Shown piece by piece: positions 31,332-41,702 of a DNA stretch of 64,000 nucleotides (positions are counted from its first letter, which is position 1; each line of letters opens with the position of its first letter). Below the pieces are notes generated by a model. That model was given only the letters and a program-made list of their open reading frames with translations, was not told the DNA's origin and searched no databases. The translations under genes and the position numbers were made by a program. Source of the stretch: Candidatus Marinacidobacterales bacterium (GTDB lineage: Bacteria; Acidobacteriota; Vicinamibacteria; Marinacidobacterales; SMYC01). The DNA lies in contig CBDCYI010000004.1 in the NCBI GenBank assembly GCA_965224085.1, positions 1,056,001 through 1,120,000 on the forward strand, given 5' to 3'.

Positions 31332-32697
31332 CTAGTCGCCGCGGAGTGCTACCGTCAGGCTCAAACGTGAGGCGCGATGTGCCAGCACGTAAACCGCGGC
31401 GAGCGAGATCACCCTCAGCACCAGTGCGATCGAAGCGAAGGTGAGCGGGTCTCGAGCGCTGATGTCGTAGAGCTGATTCTGTAGCAGGCCGCTCAGGGCG
31501 ACGCCCACGACGAGCCCGAGAGCTAGCCCGACAGCGGTGAGAAGAGCACCTTCGAACAAGATCCCCCACCTCACGTGCCACGGTGTGGCGCCGAGGGCGA
31601 GGCGTATACCAAACTCTTGCACGCGCTGGCCAGCGCTGTAGGAGATGACGCCGTAGAGGCCAATCGCCGCGACCATGACGGCCACGACGGCGAAGATGCC
31701 GAGAAGCGTCAGGGCGAAATGCGTCGGCGCCATCACTGCCGTGAGATAGGCGCTCATCGCGCGCACGCCCTGGACCGGCTGCGCGCGATTGAGCTCGGCG
31801 ACTTCCTTACGGAGCAGGACCCCATGGCCCTTTTGACCGACATTGCCGCCGCGGTTCATTCGGTGGACGAAGCACAGCCGCTCGACAACTTCCGCACGAT
31901 GGAGTCCGTCGTCGCGCGGGAGATCGGACCGTGGCGCTTCAATGCTGCTGAAAAGCTGCCGAGAGTACGGCGAGTTCGCCCCGCGCTTGCGCGAAGTCGG
32001 CGTCTTTTGCGAGGCGCGCTACGACGGTGAAGATGCGCCAGCCGCGGCGAAGCTCGTCGTAGCTACCGCCCCAGGGCACCCACGCCGACAGCTCTTCGGG
32101 AACACCTGCATCCGGAGGCAGGAGCAAGCGGAAACCCTCGGGCATCACCCCGACGACCGTGTGCGGCACGTCGTCCATATCCACGGTCTTGCCGACGATG
32201 TCGCGATCGCCGCCGTAGCGACGCTGCCACAAACCGTGGCTCAGCACGATGACGGTAGGTCCGTTCGGAACGTCTTCGTCGGCGGCGACGAAACGTCCAA
32301 GCGCCGGGCTCACACCGAGGGTCCGCAAGAAGCCTTGCGAAATGAAGCCCATGTCGATCTCTTCAGGATCGGAAGCGTCGTCGGTCAGCGCTGCCGGGCG
32401 GTACCAGATACCGCCGACAGACCTGAAGGCGGTCGTATCGTCGCGATAAGCGACAAGCTCCGGCCCGGAGCTCGCGGGACGAGCGCTATCTTGGCGCGGC
32501 AGCTCGGTGTGAATAACACCGAGTCGGTCAGGCTCTGGATAGGGGAGCGGCTTCAACAACACGCCGTCGATCACCGAAAAGATCGCCACGTTGGCGCCTA
32601 TGCCGAGCGCCAGGGTGGCTACGACGACGAGGGCGAAGCCTGGACGCCGTTTCCAGGAACGAAGGGCGATGCGAAGATCCTGCGCCAGTGTCTCCAT
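31332..32697 (-). pseudogene. ADOP-type permease with its centre deleted (N-part about 31945-32697, C-part 31332 to about 31808)
   Basis: AGGAGA RBS, METLAQDLR..., TLALGIGANVAIFS. C-part GLYGVISY...EFGIRLALGA...ALRGD*. Confidence 0.85.
31809..31945 (+). repeat. Oppositely oriented insert homologous to 24166-24302
   Basis: ACGGAGC.GGACCCCATGGCCCTTTTGACCGACATTGCCGCCGCGGTTCATTC is almost identical; the remainder is more diverged. Confidence 0.9.
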
Positions 32698-32775
32698 GAC
32701 GGTCTCCTGTGAGCGTGCTATCCTGAAAGGGATCCCCCAACAGTCGAATCTACCCAAGCTCTCTCAGGAGGCCCT

Positions 32776-33132
32776 GTGGTCAAGCGGAAAAACTTTCCGG
32801 CGGTTAAAGCACTCTTGTGCATGTTGGTCGTCTCGGTGAGCTGCGGCTTCTTCGCCGAATTCGAGAAGCAAGTCGTCGAAGATATCAAAGATAATCCAGT
32901 GATTCGCAGGCACATCGGAACCATCGACTCCATCGACATCGATTGGTCCAAGACGGGCGAAGAGCCAGGTGAGAACGTGTTCGTTTTCGAGATTAGCGGC
33001 CCTAACGGAGAGGGGACGCTCACGGCGGAGTGCATCACCGTCGACGCCGAGCATGAAGACGTCGTTTCGGGTACGCTGCGTCTTGCATCCGGCAAAGAAT
33101 TCAATTTGTTCCCGATGGCCGGGGACTACTAA
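32776..33132 (+). CDS. Small hypothetical lipoprotein-like protein
   Basis: AGGAGG RBS, hydrophobic N-terminus ending VSC, acidic beta-rich body. Confidence 0.65.
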   Translation: MVKRKNFPAVKALLCMLVVSVSCGFFAEFEKQVVEDIKDNPVIRRHIGTIDSIDIDWSKTGEEPGENVFVFEISGPNGEGTLTAECITVDAEHEDVVSGTLRLASGKEFNLFPMAGDY

Positions 33133-34640
33133 CCCTAATCGCAAAAAAAGAGAGCAAAGTAGCGCGAAAGTATTGACAAAGGAGCCTCTGGGTTTATGTT
33201 TGGAGCGTTGCTTCCAAACAAAACCCCAAACGACCAGAGGCCCCTATAGTGCGCTTGAAACTATCTCGATTTCGCCGGAACTTCAACAAGGATCTTCCGA
33301 TCGAGTTCACAGAGCAGAACCTGAGCTCGTTTGGTGGACTGGAACTGTTTTCACGATATTTGCGCCGGGTTGAGCTAAGCCGCCGGGTAGGAAAGGCGTG
33401 CAGAGGAAAAGGCATTCGGTCGGACTACGGGAGCGTCCGACTGGTTCTGGTGTTGGTTGGGATGCTGCTCGTGGGAGCTCGTCGTCTAGAGCACCTGCAG
33501 TATGTCTGTGATGACCCGATGCTGCTTCGCTTCTGTGGGTTGAGAAGACTACCGAGCCGTCCGACGATCGTGAATTGGCTGAAGCAATTCACGGGAGAGC
33601 GGCTCAAGGGCCTATCGGAGTTGAACGGTGTATTGGTCCACGAGCAGATCGAGCGATTGGGTCTGAACCGTCTGACGGTAGATATGGACGGCACCGTGGT
33701 TCAGGCAGGCAATCAGGTTGGATGGGCGTTTCGAGGATTCAATCCTCATCGCAAGAAGAATAAAAGTTACTACCCTTTGTTCGCTCACCTGGCTCAGACG
33801 GGCCAGATTCTCAAATCCAGAAATCGTCCTGGCAACGTTCACGACTCCAAGGGTGCCGATGCGTTTCTACGGGAGCTGATAGGCGAGCTACGGGGCCAGT
33901 TCGGTCGGTCCCGAAAGCTGGAATTCCGCACGGATGCCGCGTTTTTCAACGAAAAGATTCTCAAGAGGCTAGAGCGCTCCCGAAGCGAGTTCGCGATCAA
34001 GGCTCCGTTCTGGCCGTGGCTCGGCCTAAAGGAGGTCGTCGCTGGGCGCAAGCGATGGCACCGCGTGAGTGACGAAATCGATGGCTTCTCCATCAAACAC
34101 TTCATCGAGCCCTGGAATATCACCGTCCGGATCGCGACCTATCGGAAGCGAGTTCGACATCGAACGCCGAAAAACTTCCAGCTCGACCTGTTTTCTCCAG
34201 ACGACGGCTACTTCGAGTACTCAGCCGTCGCCACCAACAAATCGCTCACCGTCCAACGCCTTTGGTACTTCGCTGCTGGGCGAGGCGGCCAAGAGAAAAC
34301 CTTCGCCGAATTGCGCAGCCAGTTCGCTCTCGACGTCGTGCCCACTAAAAGCTATGCCGCCAATAGCGCCTGGCAACAGTTGAACGTGCTCGCACACAAC
34401 CTGTGTCGCAGCTTTCAGCTCGACACCATCGCCGAAACGAAAGGCATCTCTCGAAAGCGTACATGCACCCATCTGCTGCACACCATCCGCACCATCCGCT
34501 TCCGCATCATCAACAAAGCCGGCCGCCTCGTTCGCGTTAGTGGTCGAAACGCGCTCCGAATGGCCACAAACTCCTCCACTCAGACACTCTTTGAAAGAAT
34601 CGAACTCGCGCTAGCGTCATGAATTATTGTTCAATTAGGG
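33133..34640 (+). mobile_element. IS1380-family element
   Basis: Ends CCCTAAT...ATTAGGG with a 4-bp target duplication CTAA (33129-32 and 34641-44). Confidence 0.93.
33249..34622 (+). CDS. IS1380-family transposase
   Basis: SSFGGL, VDMDGT, YYPL, RPGNVH, RTDAAFF, RGGQE...ELR. Confidence 0.93.
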   Translation: MRLKLSRFRRNFNKDLPIEFTEQNLSSFGGLELFSRYLRRVELSRRVGKACRGKGIRSDYGSVRLVLVLVGMLLVGARRLEHLQYVCDDPMLLRFCGLRRLPSRPTIVNWLKQFTGERLKGLSELNGVLVHEQIERLGLNRLTVDMDGTVVQAGNQVGWAFRGFNPHRKKNKSYYPLFAHLAQTGQILKSRNRPGNVHDSKGADAFLRELIGELRGQFGRSRKLEFRTDAAFFNEKILKRLERSRSEFAIKAPFWPWLGLKEVVAGRKRWHRVSDEIDGFSIKHFIEPWNITVRIATYRKRVRHRTPKNFQLDLFSPDDGYFEYSAVATNKSLTVQRLWYFAAGRGGQEKTFAELRSQFALDVVPTKSYAANSAWQQLNVLAHNLCRSFQLDTIAETKGISRKRTCTHLLHTIRTIRFRIINKAGRLVRVSGRNALRMATNSSTQTLFERIELALAS

Positions 34641-34647
34641 CTAACAA

Positions 34648-35166
34648 CTAGCTCAGGGACTCTGCTCGCGCTTTGCCGTAGCCGCTTCCTTTGTTGGCGA
34701 TCGCGCGCGCAAAGAGGAGCAGCATGCTCAAAAGCCCTGCCCCGAGTCCCACGACGACACCAGCGTCGATGATCCCTCGCCACGGCTGCGGGAGCTGACG
34801 TACGAAGATAACGACGCCGATGATGGCGAAGAGCAAGACCCAGCTCGTGATGAGGACCCTTCGCGGCGCGCGGAAGAGCCCCATACAATAAGGAGCCGCG
34901 AACAACGCTCGGAACCAACCCGGGTTGTCTCCGAGCTCCATCGCCCGCTCTACGACACGTGGCGAAAAGCGCCGGTGGAAACCGCGATAGCCCTCCGCGT
35001 AAGCGTTGAACAACACCCATGCACCAAGAAGGACCCATTGCCAGCTCGTGAGGCTCCCGTCCCCGATCGGCTCGAGGGCGATGGGCGTGAGTTCGACGAG
35101 AGCGCGCAGGATGAAAACTGCGACACCCATCACGCCCCAGCTGGCAATCAAGAGAGAGCGTAGCAA
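34648..35166 (-). CDS. Hypothetical membrane protein
   Basis: Four hydrophobic segments. AYAEGYRGF..RFSPRVV.R and QPWRGIIDAGVV look family-conserved. Start uncertain. Confidence 0.7.
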   Translation of the reverse strand: MLRSLLIASWGVMGVAVFILRALVELTPIALEPIGDGSLTSWQWVLLGAWVLFNAYAEGYRGFHRRFSPRVVERAMELGDNPGWFRALFAAPYCMGLFRAPRRVLITSWVLLFAIIGVVIFVRQLPQPWRGIIDAGVVVGLGAGLLSMLLLFARAIANKGSGYGKARAESLS

Positions 35167-35277
35167 TATCAGTAGCCATTCCCACGAGTAGTTACTTGTG
35201 CGATAGACCTAGATGTTCCTTGCACCATACAATGCCTCCACGATATCTGCCAAAGGCAGGAGGCAACAAACCCAATC

Positions 35278-36453
35278 ATGCATCGACGCGATCTTCTTCG
35301 TTTTCTCGCGGGAAGCCCCTTTTTCGCGGGCTTGCCGCAGCTTCCAGGTGAGAAGACCATCACGTCGCCGGAGGAGGCGTTCAGCGTCTTCGACTTCGAG
35401 CGTGTTGCGCGCGACGTGCTTCCGCCGGCGCATTGGGGCTATCTTGCCACCGGCGTGGATGGCGATCGCACATTGCATGCCAATCGCGAAGGCTTCGACA
35501 AGTTCGGCATTCGAGCGCGGCGCCTCGTCGACGTGCGCGAAGTGGATACGTCGGTCGAGATCTTCGGGACCCGGTGGGAAAAGCCGATCGTGCTCGCACC
35601 GGTCGGAAGCCAAAAAGCGTTTCATCCAGAAGGCGAAGTCGCGGTCGCGCGGGCCGCAAGAAACGGCAGCCATCTCCAAATCCTCTCGACGATGACGACC
35701 GCTTCGGTCGAAGACGTCAACGCCGCGCGCGGTACGCCGGTTTGGTATCAGCTCTATCCCACCGCGAGCTGGGACGTGACCCAAGGACTGCTGTCGCGAG
35801 CGGAGCGCGCCGGCTGTCCCGCTGTTGTCTTGACGGTCGACCTTCCCGTGATCAGCCATCGCGAGACCGCGCAGCGCTTCGCGCGGATGGACGCGCGCGA
35901 TTGCTCCGTCTGCCACGAGACTGGGCCCGTCTATTTCCGGCTCAGACGCAAACCGATGTTCGACGATGTCGACGTCACCGGGCTCACCGATTTTGATGCG
36001 CCAAGCCTCACATGGTCGTTCATCGAGCGTCTGAAGGAGCACACCACGATGAAGGTGCTCATCAAAGGCATCGTGTCACGAGAAGACGCTGCGCTCGCGG
36101 TCGAGCACGGAGCCGATGGGCTCATCGTCTCGAACCACGGCGGCCGTGCAGAGGAGAGCGGCGTTTCTACGATCGAGGTTCTACCCGAAGTGATCGAAGC
36201 GGTGCGCGGACGCATTCCAGTAATTATCGACAGCGGCTTCCGTCGCGGTACGGATATCTTCAAAGCGCTTGCACTCGGAGCGACGGCGGTGGCAGTCGGG
36301 CGCCCCTATATTTGGGGCCTCGCGAGCTTCGGACAAGAGGGCGTGGAGATGGTACTCACGACCTTGTGTCGTGAGCTCGAGCTCGCCATGCGGTTAGCGG
36401 GAGCGACGTCGGTGCGAGCTCTGGACCACTCCTTCGTGCGTCCATCGATTTAG
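35278..36453 (+). CDS. FMN-dependent alpha-hydroxy-acid oxidase/dehydrogenase
   Basis: LAPVG, WYQLY, LTVD, KGI, SNHGGR, DSGFRRGTD, GRP. Twin-arginine-like N-terminus. Confidence 0.93.
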   Translation: MHRRDLLRFLAGSPFFAGLPQLPGEKTITSPEEAFSVFDFERVARDVLPPAHWGYLATGVDGDRTLHANREGFDKFGIRARRLVDVREVDTSVEIFGTRWEKPIVLAPVGSQKAFHPEGEVAVARAARNGSHLQILSTMTTASVEDVNAARGTPVWYQLYPTASWDVTQGLLSRAERAGCPAVVLTVDLPVISHRETAQRFARMDARDCSVCHETGPVYFRLRRKPMFDDVDVTGLTDFDAPSLTWSFIERLKEHTTMKVLIKGIVSREDAALAVEHGADGLIVSNHGGRAEESGVSTIEVLPEVIEAVRGRIPVIIDSGFRRGTDIFKALALGATAVAVGRPYIWGLASFGQEGVEMVLTTLCRELELAMRLAGATSVRALDHSFVRPSI

Positions 36454-36454
36454 T

Positions 36455-36920
36455 TTTAGTGGTGCGACGACACTAGCGGCTTCGGGCAAGCGCCGCGTTG
36501 TTGTCCCGGCACCGTTTTTCGAGCTTCTTGGCGAGGTCGTCGGCCGCCGAGGATTATCGCCGACACGAACACCGAGCTGGCCGTCCGTTTCAGTCGCCGA
36601 TGTGTTGGTAACGCTTTGCCCACTGATCGTCGACTGGCTCGTGCCTTGACCGATCCGCTGACTGTAGACCTCGACGAGGATTTCGGCCTCGTCTTTGTTC
36701 TCGACGACTTGCAGCCAGTCCTTTCGCCTCTTGACCCGGTCTCGGATAGTCTTCGCCGCTTTTTCCGCGTACTCTTGCTCCGGTCCCGATGCGGGAGGGG
36801 TGAGGCCTACCCAATCCAAGGCCACGCTCCAAGTAAGCTGGCGGTTGCGATTCTCGCCAAGCGCCCCCAAAACGGGCGGCTTCCCGGCGCCCGGTCGCTG
36901 AAAGCATCAGCCAAGCTCAT
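36455..36920 (-). pseudogene. Decayed hypothetical protein
   Basis: ATGA-coupled to the deaminase. Internal TAG and frameshifts around a protein-like core (KRRKDWLQVVENKDEAEILVEV). Confidence 0.45.
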
Positions 36921-37387
36921 GGCTGCTTCGGTTGCGAGTAACTACCCATGAGCGCTACGCACTCATCGAGCAGGACCCCTTGCACTATGGAGGGAGGCGT
37001 CCCGAAGCCTTGGATCTCTGGGTCGACGAGGATCGCATACCGCGACGTGACGCCACCGAGCGCCCCCGTTGGCATACCGATGACGACGCGGTCGATCAAC
37101 GAGCGCCGTATCGCATACGAGCAGAGAACACATGGCTCCACGTTCGTGTACACCGTGCATCCGCGCAAGTCGACCATGCCTCTGGCGCGCGCCGCATGGC
37201 GGATGGCAACCACCTCCGCGTGCGCGGTCACGTCCAGGCTCGATTTCGACCCCTAGCGACCTTGGCCAAGGACTCTGCCTTCGAGAACGACAATGGCCCC
37301 CACCGGGACTTCGCCTTCGCTTGCCGCGGCGCGGCCGAGCTCCAGACACTGTCGCATGAGCTCCTCGTCACGTGCTAGCACCGCCAT
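36917..37387 (-). pseudogene. TadA-like nucleoside deaminase with an in-frame TAG at 37255-37253
   Basis: GEVPVGA...GQGR*GSKSSLDVTAHAE...EPCVLC in one frame. GGAGG RBS. Confidence 0.85.
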
Positions 37388-37407
37388 CGAACCTCCACCG
37401 GAAGCTT

Positions 37408-39063
37408 TTAAATCGGTCGATCCGCGCGGGCAGGCTTGATTCCCATGGTCTTGATGCGGGATCTCAGCGTCGAGGCGTTCATACCCAGTAGCTCCGCCGT
37501 GCCGCCTCGACCGGCAATTCTCCAGTTGGTCTGCTCCAGGGCCGCGACGAGATTTTCGCGCTCGATGCGTCTCAGCTCCTCGTAGTTGAGAAGGCTCTTC
37601 CCAGATTTCGATTTGGAGGACGGCGATCCCTCGGAGCGGTGCAGCCGCACCGTCGGTAGGTCGAAATTGAGCTTTCCCGATCGCAAGGTGATCACCGCGC
37701 GCTCGACGATGTTCTGGAGCTCCCGGACGTTGCCGGGCCAATCGTAAGCTTGAAGCATCCGCACATGACTCTGCGTGAGCCTCGGGGCTGGTACGCCTAG
37801 CCGCCGGCAGACGTTCTCCAAGCACATAGCAGCAAGGGCGGGAATGTCTTCGAGGCGCTCGCGAAGCGGCGCCACGGTTATTGGAAAAACGTTCAACCGA
37901 TAGTACAAGTCCTTTCGGAAACGCCCCTCGCTGACGCGCTCTTCCAGATTGCAGTTCGTCGCAGCGATGATTCGAACATCTACCTTGCGGGTGTGGGCTT
38001 CTCCGATACGCTCGAACGTGCCTTCCTGGAGAACGCGTAGCAGTTTGCTCTGAAGCTCCAAAGGAATCTCTGCGATTTCGTCCAGAAGGAGCGTGGCCCG
38101 GTCGGCCAACTGAAAACGCCCCACGCGGTCGCTCACCGCGCCGGTAAACGCTCCTTTTACATGCCCGAAGAACTCGCTCTCGAACAGCTCTCGCGGTATC
38201 GCCCCGCAATTCACTTTTACCATCGCACGCCCCCGGCGCCGGCTTTGTTCGTGAATGGCTCGAGCAATCAGCTCCTTTCCCGTTCCGGATTCTCCGAGAA
38301 TCATGACGGCACTCTCCGTGGGAGCAACCAACTCTATCTGCTCGAGCACCCTTCCGAGTGTCGAGCTCTCCCCGACGATGCCGCCAAAGGCGTGGGCGTT
38401 TTTGACCTCCTGTTGTAAGTATTCGTTCTCGAGCTCCAGCTCCTTCTTCAGCCTCTCGATTTCTTCGAATGCGCGCGCGTTGGCGATTGCCGCAGCGGCG
38501 TGATCGGCGAAGGCGCGCAACCAGAGAAACTCTTGGTCGTCGATGAATGCGCGACGGAAAACGCCCAGAACACCAAGCGTCTCGTCCCTGAAAATCAACG
38601 GATGCCCCGCGAAGCTCGCGATGCTTTCCTTCTTCAACCAGTCGCCGCGAGCGAACCATTCACTATCTCGCGCGGTGTCATGGAGCAGCTTGGATTCCCC
38701 GCTCGAGCCGATCTTGCCGACGTGTCGCACACCGAGCGGGAACCTGCGGTAAGAGCCATCCATGCTGAACCAGTCCGTGCCGCTGTCGGGAGCGACGGCG
38801 CGGGCAGCGCTGGCAACGAGATGAAGGCAGCGCGTTTGGTCCGGGCATTCCGCCCGCGCCGCGCACCCCGCACAGATATCACCTGGCCGAATCAACCAGA
38901 TACGAGCCAGGGCGACCTCGGGAAGTCCCCGCAACCGCTCGACGAGCCGGCTCAAAAGAGCGGGCAGGGCGCGCTCGTGAGCGATGTCGAGGAAGATTTG
39001 CTCGAGCTCCTGGCGCTCGGAGGCGTCGTAGAGGCTCTTGTCCGTCACGCTGAGAGTTTGCAC
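37408..39063 (-). CDS. Sigma54-dependent activator (GAF-AAA+-HTH)
   Basis: GESGTGKE, ESEFFGHVKGAFTGA, LLDEI, DLYYRLNVFP, WPGNVREL. Start uncertain (GTG 39063 or 39048). Confidence 0.94.
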   Translation of the reverse strand: MQTLSVTDKSLYDASERQELEQIFLDIAHERALPALLSRLVERLRGLPEVALARIWLIRPGDICAGCAARAECPDQTRCLHLVASAARAVAPDSGTDWFSMDGSYRRFPLGVRHVGKIGSSGESKLLHDTARDSEWFARGDWLKKESIASFAGHPLIFRDETLGVLGVFRRAFIDDQEFLWLRAFADHAAAAIANARAFEEIERLKKELELENEYLQQEVKNAHAFGGIVGESSTLGRVLEQIELVAPTESAVMILGESGTGKELIARAIHEQSRRRGRAMVKVNCGAIPRELFESEFFGHVKGAFTGAVSDRVGRFQLADRATLLLDEIAEIPLELQSKLLRVLQEGTFERIGEAHTRKVDVRIIAATNCNLEERVSEGRFRKDLYYRLNVFPITVAPLRERLEDIPALAAMCLENVCRRLGVPAPRLTQSHVRMLQAYDWPGNVRELQNIVERAVITLRSGKLNFDLPTVRLHRSEGSPSSKSKSGKSLLNYEELRRIERENLVAALEQTNWRIAGRGGTAELLGMNASTLRSRIKTMGIKPARADRPI

Positions 39064-39083
39064 GACAGAGGGCAAGTTGTCAA

Positions 39084-39114
39084 CGCGAGATTTCGCGAGT
39101 CGCGAGATTTCGCA
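39084..39114. promoter_or_regulatory. Two near-palindromic putative enhancer (UAS) sites
   Basis: CGCGAGATTTCGCG (39084) and CGCGAGATTTCGCA (39101). IHF-like TATCAACGGTTT at 39144. Confidence 0.65.
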
Positions 39115-39171
39115 TTGACCTCTATGCAACATAAATTCCGTTCTATCAACGGTTTCCTCCATTCGCCGGCC

Positions 39172-39187
39172 TGGCCTAGGAATTGCT
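39172..39187 (+). promoter_or_regulatory. Sigma54 -24/-12 promoter
   Basis: TGGC-CTAGGAA-TTGCT has canonical spacing, lies about 43 bp before the hydrolase ATG and is divergent from the activator. Confidence 0.8.
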
Positions 39188-39229
39188 TTTCCGCCTAGTC
39201 AAACGCGCACACTTCGAAAGGAGAATAAA

Positions 39230-40219
39230 ATGAACCCAAGAACAACGACCCGCGTTCTGGCGTCCGTCACCATCTTGCTCGTCACGGCCTCCCTCGTATG
39301 GGTCGGAGCATGGGCCAGCCCGAAGGCTTCCGATTCCGACTTCGATGCTTCCCAGGTCCTGAACAAGACCATGACGATCGATGGGCTGGACATCTTCTAC
39401 CGGGAGGTCGGACCGAAGAACGCCAAGAACGTTCTTCTGCTGCACGGCTTTCCTACTTCATCCCACATGTTTCGCAATTTGCTCCCGGCTCTTGCCGACA
39501 AGTACCACGTCATAGCACCCGACTACCCGGGCTACGGCAACAGCTCGATGCCGAGCGTCGAGGAGTTCGACTACACGTTCGATCGCATGGCCGAGCTCAT
39601 CGAGACGTTCACCGAGAAGCTTGGGCTCGCGACCTACAGCCTTTACTTGATGGACTACGGCGCGCCGATCGGGTTTCGCCTCGCCGCCAAGCATCCAGAA
39701 CGTGTCGACACGCTCATCATTCAGAACGGAAACGCGTACGATGAAGGCCTCCTCGAATTCTGGGACCCCATCAAGGCCTACTGGAAGGATAAGACAACGG
39801 AGAACGGCGATGAGCTCAGGGGATTGCTCACCATCGATGCCACCAAGTGGCAGTACACGCACGGCGTGCGCAACCAGGAAGCCGTAAGCCCGGACAACTG
39901 GAACATCGATCAGCGCTTGCTCGATCGGGAAGGAAACCAGGAGATCCAGCTCGCGATGTTCTATGACTATGGATCCAACCCACCGCTCTATCCGGAATGG
40001 CAAGCTTACTTTCGCACGCACCAGCCGCCCACTCTCTTAACCTGGGGCAAGAACGACCCGATTTTCCCAGAGGAAGGCGCTCATCCGTACAAGCGGGATC
40101 TAAAGAACCTCGAGTTTCACATTCTCGATACCGGCCACTTCGCGCTCGAGGAGGACGGCAAGCTCATCGCGCAGCTGATACGCGATTTCCTAGAGAGGAA
40201 TCTCGACAGCGAAACTTGA
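39230..40219 (+). CDS. Secreted alpha/beta hydrolase (epoxide hydrolase/dehalogenase-like)
   Basis: [24 protein letters not shown] (Asp nucleophile), GHFALE. Confidence 0.92.
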   Translation: MNPRTTTRVLASVTILLVTASLVWVGAWASPKASDSDFDASQVLNKTMTIDGLDIFYREVGPKNAKNVLLLHGFPTSSHMFRNLLPALADKYHVIAPDYPGYGNSSMPSVEEFDYTFDRMAELIETFTEKLGLATYSLYLMDYGAPIGFRLAAKHPERVDTLIIQNGNAYDEGLLEFWDPIKAYWKDKTTENGDELRGLLTIDATKWQYTHGVRNQEAVSPDNWNIDQRLLDREGNQEIQLAMFYDYGSNPPLYPEWQAYFRTHQPPTLLTWGKNDPIFPEEGAHPYKRDLKNLEFHILDTGHFALEEDGKLIAQLIRDFLERNLDSET

Positions 40220-40311
40220 CGATTGATGATGAGGCCGAGGCTACGCGGCGACTGCTCTTCCGCCGCGCGGCTCTCGAAGGCTCGAGTGCCCAATCGTAAA
40301 AGAGGTCAACG

Positions 40312-40956
40312 ATGGAAAAGAAAAACACAAAAAGCGCCAAAGTTCTTTCCGTGAACGTCGGCGGTGCCCGTCAGTTCGACTATAACGGCCGAGCAGCCCA
40401 GAGTGCCATCTGGAAGTTCCCCGTCGCGGGGCGCGTCAGAGTCTCCGGCGTCAATCTTGATGGAGACGATCAGGCCGATCGCACAGCCCATGGCGGCCCG
40501 GATAAGGCGGTTTACGCGTACGCGGTCGAGGATTACAAATGGTGGCAGACCCAACTCGATCGTCCCTTACAGCACGCCGAATTCGGAGAGAACCTGACCA
40601 CAGAAGGGATCGACGTGACGAGCGCGCTGATCGGGGAACGCTGGCAGATCGGGAGCGTCCTGCTCGAAGTTTCGGAGCCAAGAGTGCCTTGTTGGCGACT
40701 CGGCGCGCGCATGGGGGATCCGCGCTTTCCACGCCGCTTCACGGCTGCCGGGAGGCCGGGCGCGTACTTGCGGATCCTCGTGGAAGGAGAGCTCGGCGCC
40801 GGCGATGAGATTCGAGTCGTCGCCCGCCCTGCACACGAGCTTTCCATAGGAGATATGTTCCGCATCTACACGCGCGACCGGCAGGAAGCCCATCGCCTTC
40901 TCGCCGTCTCGGAAATTTCGGATGCTTGGACCCGGTGGGCAGAGGACCGAGTCTAG
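40312..40956 (+). CDS. MOSC-domain protein (YiiM-like)
   Basis: GDDQAD..AHGGPDKAVY, FGENLT, PRVPC, GAYLR. Confidence 0.92.
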   Translation: MEKKNTKSAKVLSVNVGGARQFDYNGRAAQSAIWKFPVAGRVRVSGVNLDGDDQADRTAHGGPDKAVYAYAVEDYKWWQTQLDRPLQHAEFGENLTTEGIDVTSALIGERWQIGSVLLEVSEPRVPCWRLGARMGDPRFPRRFTAAGRPGAYLRILVEGELGAGDEIRVVARPAHELSIGDMFRIYTRDRQEAHRLLAVSEISDAWTRWAEDRV

Positions 40957-40984
40957 CGAGCCCCCTGCATGGAGTAGAACAACT

Positions 40985-41330
40985 TCGACGAGCACGGCAA
41001 CGCGGTCGTTAATACCTATACGCTGATGTTCTCCTACGGCTCGGGCGTCGTCATCGACGGCGCAGGCATTCTCATGAACAACAACATGGGAAACTTCACG
41101 CTCCGCCCCGACATCCCGGACGCTTTCGGACTCATGGGAAGCGCCGACAATCAGATCGCGCCGGGGCACCGGCTGGTGAGCTCCATGACACCAGAGATCG
41201 TCTTTCGCGAAGGGAAGCCTTTTCTTCTCACCGGAAGCCCCGGCGGGAGTCGCATCATCACCACCAACCTTCAGCTCATCCTCAATGTCCTCGCTCACGG
41301 AATGAACATCGCCGACGCGCGACCCGTGCG
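40985..41330 (+). pseudogene. ggt: Gamma-glutamyltransferase small-subunit fragment
   Basis: DEHGNAV..TYTL..YGSG, LMNN.M, SSMTP, GSPGGSRIIT. Confidence 0.85.
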
Positions 41331-41457
41331 CAGAACACGATCTATCACAACGCGCGCCGCGCATCGCACGTCGTTCTCCCCATCGTCGAACGCCGAGCGC
41401 CTCGCCACGCGCTTGTGCTCAGTAGTCGATGGCGTAGCTCCATCGTTAGTGGCGTGA

Positions 41458-41700
41458 CTATCTCGCACTGAGGTTCATCGCGCGTCGGCGGATCGCGCGC
41501 AACCACATCCGGCGGATGATCGCGCTCCCGGGATAGATCGCGCGCCAGTATGCGCCAAAACCTCGGCGCGCGGCCGGGCTGTTGGCATACACGCGCGTCT
41601 CGGTGGACACGACCGAACCGCCCGCCCCATCGGATTCGACAAGAAAGTTCATCGCCGCAAATGCGAATCCAGGGGGCATCGGCATCTGAAAGAGTCTCGG
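41458..41700 (-). pseudogene. C-terminal fragment of a conserved hypothetical protein
   Basis: AAMNF...STETRV.....ARR.F..YW..I.PGS.IIRR.WLRAI. Confidence 0.6.
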
Positions 41701-41702
41701 TA

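Noticed and set aside
37253-37255. In-frame TAG codons (here, 22090 and 15778) as pyrrolysine or amber recoding
   Set aside because: Each is one substitution from the expected GAG or TGG. Two of the three genes have other lesions, TAG is a normal stop in this window, and no pyl genes are present.
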